A program made the position numbers and the translations under genes. Of a stretch of 34,484 nucleotides of DNA, positions 28,034-34,484 are shown piece by piece; position 1 is the stretch's first letter, and each line of letters begins with the position of its first letter. The notes under the pieces are model-generated. The model saw only the letters and a program-made list of their open reading frames with translations, searched no databases and was not told the DNA's origin. Origin of the DNA: an uncultured bacterium (GTDB lineage: Bacteria; Pseudomonadota; Alphaproteobacteria; SMXQ01); the NCBI GenBank assembly GCA_965369885.1, contig CBDUSV010000002.1:1-34484 (forward strand), given 5' to 3'.

Positions 28034-29143
28034 CTACAACAATTTCAGCTGTTCGCCGGGCAGGGGCGGCGGGCGGAACTTTGAGGCATCGAGCATGCCG
28101 CCCTCGCGCATGTTCAAGTCGAGGCGCCGGCATGCGGCCTTGAAGCGTTGCGCCAGCATGGTGGCATAACTGCCGGTTCCCACCATGCGGCTGCCGAAGG
28201 CGGGATCGTTGAGGCGTCCGCCTCGGCTTTGCCGCACCAGGCTTAGGACATGGTCGGCCTTGTCCGGGTAATGGGTGGCGAGCCACTGGCTGAACAGATC
28301 TTTCAACTCATGGGGCAGGCGCAACAGGATGTAGCCCGCCGAAGTGGCCCCGGCCCGGGCGCCGGCGGCGAGGATGTTGTCGAGCTCGGCATCGTTGAGG
28401 GCGGGGATCATCGGCGCCGCCATGATGCCGGTGGGAATGCCGGCGCGGGCCAGGCCCTCGATGGTCTTGAGGCGGCGCCCGGGAGCCGCCGCCCGTGGCT
28501 CCATGCGCCGCGCCAGGGTGGTGTCCAGGGTGGTCACCGAAACATAGACCTGAACCAGATTGCGCCGCGCCATGGCGCCCAGGATGTCCACATCGCGCAA
28601 CACCAGGGCCGATTTGGTCACCATCGCCACCGGATGGTTCGCGGCTTCCAGCACTTCAAGGATGCGCCGGGTCAAGCGATGTTGCCGTTCCACCGGTTGG
28701 TAGCAATCCGAGTTGGTGCCAAGGGCCAGGATCTGGCAGCGGTATTTGGGGTTGGCGAGCTCGCCCTGGAGCAATCGCGGCGCATCGAACTTGGCCCACA
28801 GGCGGGTCTCGAAATCGAGGCCGGGGGACAAGCCCAGCCAGGAATGGCTGGGCCGGGCGAAACAATAGATGCAGCCATGCTCGCAGCCGCGATAGGGGTT
28901 GATCGACTGGTTGAAGGGAATGTCCGGCGAGGTGTTGCGGGTGATGACGCTGCGCGAGGTATCGGCGCTGAGGGTGGTGGCGAGCGCCTGAGCCGCGCCT
29001 TCATGTCCGCCCCCGTCATGTTCCCACCAGCGGTTGCCCCAGCCGTCATCGGTGGCGGCGCGCACCTCTTTCTCATAGCGCCCGGTCGGGTTGCCGACCG
29101 CGCCACGGCCTTTTCTCGGCCGGTCGGGGAGAACATCGATCAT
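28034..29143 (-). CDS. PA0069-family radical SAM protein (COG1533, SplB / DNA-repair-photolyase-like), function unknown
   Basis: N-terminal KGRGAVGNPTGRYE and the radical SAM cluster motif CEHGCIYCFARP (CxxxCxxC). Length of 369 aa is typical of the family. Confidence 0.88.
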   Translation of the reverse strand: MIDVLPDRPRKGRGAVGNPTGRYEKEVRAATDDGWGNRWWEHDGGGHEGAAQALATTLSADTSRSVITRNTSPDIPFNQSINPYRGCEHGCIYCFARPSHSWLGLSPGLDFETRLWAKFDAPRLLQGELANPKYRCQILALGTNSDCYQPVERQHRLTRRILEVLEAANHPVAMVTKSALVLRDVDILGAMARRNLVQVYVSVTTLDTTLARRMEPRAAAPGRRLKTIEGLARAGIPTGIMAAPMIPALNDAELDNILAAGARAGATSAGYILLRLPHELKDLFSQWLATHYPDKADHVLSLVRQSRGGRLNDPAFGSRMVGTGSYATMLAQRFKAACRRLDLNMREGGMLDASKFRPPPLPGEQLKLL

Positions 29144-29293
29144 GCAGAACCCTAATGCCTGATTAAGAACAAATCAAGAACATTTAATCCGGTTGTGGTA
29201 TGGATTCCTACCCGTCCCGCTGGCCATGTTATGACATCGCCATCAACCTTGATTGGACCGGGACCCCGTAGGCTCGCCAGTAGGCATCGACCC

Positions 29294-29980
29294 ATGTTGC
29301 TCAGCATTGTCATTCCCACCCTGGATGCGGCGGGCCCGCTTGGCCCCACCCTTGCCGCCCTTGACGGAGAAGACGAGGGTGGGGAGTTTGGGATCGAGAT
29401 CATCATCGCCGATGGCGGCTCCCATGACGCGACCCGGGACGTGGCCCAGGCGGCGGGCTGCCGCGTCATCACGGCGCCCCGGGGCCGTGGCCCCCAGCTT
29501 CGCTGTGGCGCGGCGGAGGCTTCGGGCCAATGGATCATGTTCCTCCATGCCGACACCCGCCTGGCCCCGGGCTGGCGCGCCCATGTGGCGGCATTCATCA
29601 ATGATCCCGCCAACCGTGAGCGCGCCGCCACCTTCCGCTTCGCCCTTGATGACGACGGCGCCCCGGCGCGGCGCTTGGAGCGCATGGTGGCCTGGCGCAA
29701 TCGGGTTCTGGGGCTCGCCTATGGCGACCAGGGCCTGCTCATCGCCCAGGAGTTCTATGCCCGCCTCGGCGGGTTCGCGCCCAAGGTTCTGATGGAAGAT
29801 GTGGACATGGCGCGGCGCATCGGACGCAAGCGCCTGGTCATGCTCGAGAGCAAGGCCACCACTTCGGCTCAGCGTTACCGCCAGGGCGGCTATCTCCTGC
29901 GTCCGGCGCGGAATATATTCTGCCAGATGCTGTATTTCCTGGGCGTGCCGGTGGCCATCATCGCCCGCATCTATCGCTAG
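29294..29980 (+). CDS. Family 2 glycosyltransferase of the rSAM/selenodomain-associated transferase 2 type (TIGR04283-like)
   Basis: LSIVIPTLDAAG, IIIADGGSHDATRDVA, APRGRGPQLRCGA, FLHADTRL, GDQGLLI....F..LGGF and LMEDVDMARRI match my recollection of the family pattern. I chose the ATG at 29294. Upstream in-frame starts at 29195 and 29231 are possible. Confidence 0.8.
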   Translation: MLLSIVIPTLDAAGPLGPTLAALDGEDEGGEFGIEIIIADGGSHDATRDVAQAAGCRVITAPRGRGPQLRCGAAEASGQWIMFLHADTRLAPGWRAHVAAFINDPANRERAATFRFALDDDGAPARRLERMVAWRNRVLGLAYGDQGLLIAQEFYARLGGFAPKVLMEDVDMARRIGRKRLVMLESKATTSAQRYRQGGYLLRPARNIFCQMLYFLGVPVAIIARIYR

Positions 29981-29985
29981 GAGCC

Positions 29986-30618
29986 ATGGTCATCCAACGC
30001 CATCTCGTGATCTTCGCCAGGGCGCCCAGGATCGGTGCCGTCAAGCGCCGCCTGGCCGCCGGCATCGGCGAGGTTGCCGCCTGGCGCTTCGCTTCCATCA
30101 CCGCCAACCGAATACTGCGGAGACTGGCCGTGCCGGGCGGTTGGCGCTGTTGGCTGGCGGTGACCCCGGACCGCTTTCAGCACCAGGGCCGCTTCTGGCC
30201 CTCCCGCCCGGGCCGTTGCCCGATCCACCGCCTGGCCCAGGGGCCGGGTGATCTCGGCCGGCGCATGGCGCGGATTTTGGCATCGTTGCCGCCGGGGCCG
30301 GTGGTGATCATCGGCAGCGACATTCCCGGCATCACACCTAAGCACATCGAAGGCGCGTTCCGGGCGCTGGGCCGCGCCCAAGTGGTGTTCGGCCCGGCGG
30401 AAGACGGCGGCTATTGGCTGGTGGGTGCGCGCCGGCGGCCGCAGAACCCGGTCTTCATGGCGCCCCGGCTGTTCAAGGGGGTGCGGTGGTCGACGTCTTT
30501 CGCCCTCGCCGACAGCCGCGCCAATCTCGCCCCCACCATTCCGGTTGCGTTGTTGGAGACCCTGGCCGACATCGATGACCGCCGGGCTTATGACCGCTGG
30601 AGGAAGCCGCCGCGATAA
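29986..30618 (+). CDS. DUF2064 / rSAM-selenodomain-associated transferase 1 type protein (TIGR04282-like)
   Basis: LVIFARAPRIGAVKRRLA, QGPGDLGRRM, IGSDIPGI, GPAEDGGYWLVG and VRWST are DUF2064 hallmarks. It starts 5 nt after the GT2 gene. Confidence 0.8.
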   Translation: MVIQRHLVIFARAPRIGAVKRRLAAGIGEVAAWRFASITANRILRRLAVPGGWRCWLAVTPDRFQHQGRFWPSRPGRCPIHRLAQGPGDLGRRMARILASLPPGPVVIIGSDIPGITPKHIEGAFRALGRAQVVFGPAEDGGYWLVGARRRPQNPVFMAPRLFKGVRWSTSFALADSRANLAPTIPVALLETLADIDDRRAYDRWRKPPR

Positions 30619-30693
30619 CCGGCGAATTATAACAAAACAGGCCCCGTTCTAGGCTTGCACTCACCCTTGAAGCGGCGTTAGGCTTGCTTCGTT

Positions 30694-31044
30694 ATGGCTG
30701 ATAGACCTGACATCAAGGCCTTGAAGGTGAAGCTCGTTGAACGCAAGGACGAGATCATTGCCGATCTTGGCGACACCGAGGAAATCCTCAAGCCGGTAGA
30801 GCTTGACCAGAGCCGGTTCGGGCGCATTTCGCGCATGGGTGAGATGCAGGAACACGAGATGGCGATGGCGGTGCATCGGCGCGAGCAGGCCGAACTGAAG
30901 CGCATCGAAAAGGCCTTGGAGCGTCTCGAAGCCGATGAATTTGGCGAATGCGTCAGCTGTGGTGAAGAGATCACCCCCGGCCGCCTCGAGGTCGACCCGG
31001 CGGTGTCCACCTGCATCGACTGCGCGTCCCGCGCCGGAACCTAG
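30694..31044 (+). CDS. DksA/TraR family C4-type zinc finger protein
   Basis: Coiled-coil N-terminal part with C-terminal CVSCGEEI...STCIDCA (CxxC-N17-CxxC). Confidence 0.85.
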   Translation: MADRPDIKALKVKLVERKDEIIADLGDTEEILKPVELDQSRFGRISRMGEMQEHEMAMAVHRREQAELKRIEKALERLEADEFGECVSCGEEITPGRLEVDPAVSTCIDCASRAGT

Positions 31045-31060
31045 AAACCAACCCTTACGT

Positions 31061-31594
31061 CTATTCCAGATGCTCCTTGAGCCGGGGCATCAGCTCAATC
31101 AGGTTGCAGGGTCCGGTGCGGTTGTCGAGTTGCGGGCCGAGGATGTCTTCCCAGCCGTCGCGGCAGGCCGAGGGCGAGCCCGGCAGCGCGAACAGATAGG
31201 TGCCGTTGGCCATGCCGCCGGTGGCGCGGGATTGCATGGTCGAGGTGCCGATCTTGTCGAAGCTCTTCATGCGGAACAATTCACCGAAGCCCAAAATCTC
31301 TTTTTCATAGACCGCGGCGAAGGCCTCGGGCGTGATGTCGCGGCCGGTGAGGCCGGTGCCGCCGGTGGAGATGACGACGTCGATCTCGTCATCATCGATC
31401 CATTGGCGGAGCTGGGCCTCGATCTTGTCCTGATCGTCGGTGACGATGGCGCGGTCGGCGAGGTTATGGCCCGCCCCGGTGACATAGTCGGAGAGGATGT
31501 TGCCGGATTTGTCGTCGGCCTCGGTGCGGGTGTCCGACACCGTCAACACCGCGATGTTGATGGGGATGAACTGGCGGGTGTTATCAGGGGGCAT
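31061..31594 (-). CDS. moaB: Molybdenum cofactor biosynthesis protein B (MoCF_biosynth domain)
   Basis: IAVLTVSDTR, VISTGGTGLTGRDITPEA and LPGSPSAC. Length 177 aa. Confidence 0.85.
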   Translation of the reverse strand: MPPDNTRQFIPINIAVLTVSDTRTEADDKSGNILSDYVTGAGHNLADRAIVTDDQDKIEAQLRQWIDDDEIDVVISTGGTGLTGRDITPEAFAAVYEKEILGFGELFRMKSFDKIGTSTMQSRATGGMANGTYLFALPGSPSACRDGWEDILGPQLDNRTGPCNLIELMPRLKEHLE

Positions 31595-33380
31595 GTTCGG
31601 CGACGCTCAGACCGTCGAGTTTGACATAAGAGGGCCAATCACCGGACGCCACTTCATCGAGGGACGGCATCGGTTGGCCGAGGCGGTTGCGGTAGATCCA
31701 GAAATTGGTGAGCACGCGTTCGACGAAAATCCGGGTTTCGCGAGACGGGATGCTTTCGATGAATATCAGGGGATCGTTGCCCCTTCCCAGGCGGCGTTGC
31801 CACTTCACCAGGTTGCCCGGCCCGCCATTGTAGGCCGCGGTGGCCAGGATGACGTCGCCGGAGATGGCCTCGTGGCTCAGGAGATGCTGGAGATACTTCT
31901 GGCCCAACGAGATATTGAGTTCGGGGTCGTACAAGCGGTTGCGGCCACGGCCGCGGTAACGCCTGTCGCCGCTGATGAAACGCGCGGTGGCCGGCATCAA
32001 CTGCATCAGGCCGCGGGCGCCGGAGCGGCTCTTGGCGCGGCTGTTGAAACCGGATTCCTGGCGCATCAGGGCGTAGATCAAGGCGCGGTCGACCTTGAAG
32101 CCGCCCTTGGGCCGCCATGGCGGCGCCGGGAAGGCGGCGGATAGATACTTCCTGCCGTGGGCGTCGGTCAGCCGTTCCCCGATGCCATGGGCAAGCCTGG
32201 CCATGTTGTTGCGGGACGCCACGGCTAAGATGGTGTGGCGGAGCTCGGGTTCGGCCCGGGCGGCGGCGGTGCTAAGCTCACGTTCGGCACTCCGGGTCTT
32301 GCCCAACTGAAGCAATGCGAAGGCCCGGCGCCCGGACGCCATGCTGTCAAGGGCCCGGAGCCCGGATGGATCGAGGTCCGGGTTGCCCCAGTTGAAAGGC
32401 GTGTTGCGCCCCAGGCTGTGATGGGCCAACAGGCCATAGAACGTGCGGGGATGGGCCGCCGCCTGTCTGAGCCAATGGTTGACATGCTGGGGGTGGCGTC
32501 CGACGAGATGGGCCCGCGCCGCCCAGAACGCGCCGGAGGCTTGGTTCCAGGGCGAAAGCGTCTTGGCCTGGGCCACGGCCTCGAAGTGACGCGCGGCGCG
32601 CTCAAACTTTCCGAGCCGCCACGATGCCAGGCCCGCGGTCCAATGGGCCAGGGCCAGATGCGGGTTCTCGCGCCTGAGCGCCCGCTCGGCCAGGTTGAGC
32701 GCCTTGCGGTGGTCGCCGCGGTAGAAATGGGCGGCGGCGATGTCGGCCTTGGCGCGGGCAATCTCGACCCGGTCGAACAATCGGTGGACCTCCTTGTGGG
32801 TCAGGATGTGCACCACCCTTTTGATGTGCCCGCGGCGAAGATGGCGGCGGATTTGCCGCTTGATCACGCCGCGGCGGCGGCGTTGGACACGGCTGAGGCG
32901 CTTGGTTGAGCGGTAGGGCGCGGCGCCGGTGACGGCCGCCGACCACCATGGCAGGCCCCTGGTCCTGGGCCGGCGCGGCCACCGCGCCTTCTTCGGCCGG
33001 CGCTTGACCGCCAACTTGTAAATGCGCCGGGCGTCGGGAAGGCCGGCATATTTGGCCATCCAGCCGCGCAATTCGCGGAAGCGCGAGCGGTAATGGGTGG
33101 GGTGGAGATAGCGCTGGGCCAGCAGGTGGCCCATCAGCACCTTGTCGCCAAGGCGCTTGATGCGCCGGTCCGCCGCCCGCCACCGGCCCTTTTCCTGAAG
33201 CGCGAAGATCTCGCCATAGCGCGCCACATCCGCCGGGCCCAAGGGTTGCGGCAACGACACCTTGGCGGCGCCTTCTTCGGCCCGCGCCCCGTGCGCGCCG
33301 AGGGCGAGGGCGCAGGCTAAGGCGATGACCGCGCCAAGGGCGGCCCGGGGACGCCAGGACATGGGTGCAAGGAAATTCAT
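31584..33380 (-). CDS. Soluble lytic murein transglycosylase (Slt70-like: superhelical N-domain plus SLT catalytic domain)
   Basis: Signal peptide (ALACALALGAHGARA). The catalytic region LMRQESGFNSRAKSRSGARGLMQLMPATA contains the catalytic Glu, followed by AAYNGGPGNL. Confidence 0.88.
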   Translation of the reverse strand: MNFLAPMSWRPRAALGAVIALACALALGAHGARAEEGAAKVSLPQPLGPADVARYGEIFALQEKGRWRAADRRIKRLGDKVLMGHLLAQRYLHPTHYRSRFRELRGWMAKYAGLPDARRIYKLAVKRRPKKARWPRRPRTRGLPWWSAAVTGAAPYRSTKRLSRVQRRRRGVIKRQIRRHLRRGHIKRVVHILTHKEVHRLFDRVEIARAKADIAAAHFYRGDHRKALNLAERALRRENPHLALAHWTAGLASWRLGKFERAARHFEAVAQAKTLSPWNQASGAFWAARAHLVGRHPQHVNHWLRQAAAHPRTFYGLLAHHSLGRNTPFNWGNPDLDPSGLRALDSMASGRRAFALLQLGKTRSAERELSTAAARAEPELRHTILAVASRNNMARLAHGIGERLTDAHGRKYLSAAFPAPPWRPKGGFKVDRALIYALMRQESGFNSRAKSRSGARGLMQLMPATARFISGDRRYRGRGRNRLYDPELNISLGQKYLQHLLSHEAISGDVILATAAYNGGPGNLVKWQRRLGRGNDPLIFIESIPSRETRIFVERVLTNFWIYRNRLGQPMPSLDEVASGDWPSYVKLDGLSVAEHAP

Positions 33381-33466
33381 GTCAATTTACATAAAGGATC
33401 GGCCCGGAGCGGGCAAGGCCCAGGGGGGACAAGGCTTGGGGGGGCGAGGCCCAAGGACGTCAACTC

Positions 33467-33829
33467 TCAGCCGAGAAACTTTTCCATGACATGGCCAAAC
33501 CCGGAAAGCGAAATGGGTTTGGCGATATAGTCATCGCAACCGCCATTGCGGATGGTCTCTTGATCCTGTTCGGAGATGTGTGAGGTGATCGCGACCACCG
33601 GGGTCGATTTCAGATCTTCGTCATTCTTGATCATTCGGGTGACATGAAGCCCCGAGACGTCGGGCAATTGCATATCCATCAGGATGAGATCAGGCCGTTG
33701 TTCGCGCGCCAGCCTCAGGGCTTCGCCGCCATTCATCGCCTTTAGGATCAAGTGGCCCCGGGCTCTTATCAGATCGCAAAACAGTTTCATGGAGAGCTCG
33801 TCATCCTCGACGATCAGCACTCTCATCAT
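33467..33829 (-). CDS. divK: Single-domain CheY-like response regulator, DivK-like
   Basis: MMRVLIVEDDELSMKLFCDLI...PDLILMDMQLPDVSGLHVTRMIKNDEDLKSTPVVAITS...GGCDDYIAKPIS closely follows the DivK sequence pattern as I recall it (VLIVEDNELNMKLF...DLILMDIQLP...GGC.AYISKPIS). The start is uncertain: ATG at 33829, 33826 or 33865, or the track's TTG at 34009. Confidence 0.8.
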   Translation of the reverse strand: MMRVLIVEDDELSMKLFCDLIRARGHLILKAMNGGEALRLAREQRPDLILMDMQLPDVSGLHVTRMIKNDEDLKSTPVVAITSHISEQDQETIRNGGCDDYIAKPISLSGFGHVMEKFLG

Positions 33830-33995
33830 GATCGCCGGGGATGAAGCGGTCTCGTCCGGCTCCATGGTGGGCGCGGGAATGGGCGCAGGGCTGGAGATAC
33901 GGTTGAAGCCATGCGCCGAGGCCGCGCCCTTCGGCGCCAACAGCAAACTTGATGGCGCCCGCGGCCACGGTGACTCGTCGGCTGATTTTGGTTTT

Positions 33996-34484
33996 TCAGG
34001 ACCTGACAATGATGCAATCCAATTTTCGTTTTCTCAGCCGGTCACACAACTTCCGCGCGGTGGCCGCGCTGGACAGGGTTCCGGCCTGCAAGCGGTAGAC
34101 AATTCCCTTTCGTGGGCCCCGGGACGTTCGCACCACTTTCAGCTTCAATCCGCCAAGCAGATCCGGATGGGCCTTTTGCAGGCGCGGCCAGGCTTTGCGC
34201 ACCGCCGCGTCCGAGGCGAGGGCAAAGATTTGCACCCGATAGCCGGGCTTGCCGGATAAGGCGAGAAACTTTGCCGGCACCGGCGGCTTGGACTGGGGCT
34301 TGGCATGGAACTGGGGCTTGAATCGGGACTCGGGCTGGGACTCGGGCTCGGGCTGGGGGGTGATATCCGTTGCTGTCTGGCCGCCGGCCGATGGCGCCTC
34401 GGGAGGTGGCGGCGCGGCGCTGTCATCGAGGGCCTTGCGCTCAAGCGGCACGTCATCCGAGCTTGGGCGCGGTGGAGTGCCGGG
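33996..34484 (-). CDS. SPOR domain protein, C-terminal part (5' end beyond window)
   Basis: The C-terminal block YRVQIFALASDAAVRKAWPRLQKAHPDLLGGLKLKVVRT....GIVYRLQAGTLSSAATARKLCDRLRKRKLDCIIV is a typical SPOR fold sequence. It is preceded by a P/E/Q/K-rich linker. The frame stays open to base 34484. Confidence 0.8.
   Translation of the reverse strand, partial: PGTPPRPSSDDVPLERKALDDSAAPPPPEAPSAGGQTATDITPQPEPESQPESRFKPQFHAKPQSKPPVPAKFLALSGKPGYRVQIFALASDAAVRKAWPRLQKAHPDLLGGLKLKVVRTSRGPRKGIVYRLQAGTLSSAATARKLCDRLRKRKLDCIIVRS

Overview
GC-rich, very densely packed core-chromosome segment, about 38 genes with almost no non-coding DNA. The gene content points to an alphaproteobacterium, possibly a Rhodospirillales-like lineage (inference only). 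Supporting features are CcrM, a DivK-like response regulator, a separate F0 operon atpI-B-E-F'-F with a b' subunit, type II ThrB, an ispH-thrB-rnhA operon and split GcvPA/PB.

Left to right, the window contains:
- the 3' end of a cytochrome c oxidase operon (subunits III and IV)
- an M32 carboxypeptidase
- thrC, an M16 peptidase and a GNAT
- yqgE plus a membrane protein of unknown function
- a DsbD/ScsB-family reductase
- rnhA-thrB-ispH
- a CDGSH protein, a lipoprotein and gcvT-H-PA-PB
- the ATP synthase F0 operon
- smc, a dsbA-like gene, DUF721 (DciA-like), mutY, ccrM, rnhB and a PA0069-family radical SAM gene
- a GT2/DUF2064 transferase pair
- a DksA/TraR zinc finger gene, moaB, a lytic transglycosylase, a divK-like gene and a 5'-truncated SPOR gene

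I see no tRNA or rRNA genes, CRISPR arrays, transposases, integrases or phage or defence-type genes. I do not find a convincing previously undescribed multi-gene system; this looks like ordinary housekeeping chromosome.

The observations most worth follow-up are:
- a dense GANTC cluster in the ccrM upstream region
- the rSAM-rnhB-ccrM same-strand run next to mutY
- an orphan rSAM-associated transferase pair
- a 15/16-nt tandem repeat spanning the atpI stop and the atpB start
- an unannotated 50-aa membrane ORF after the cox genes
- a CDGSH-lipoprotein pair fused to the gcv operon with no visible glycine riboswitch

Many long ORFs in the supplied track are antisense shadow ORFs typical of high-GC DNA and are rejected.
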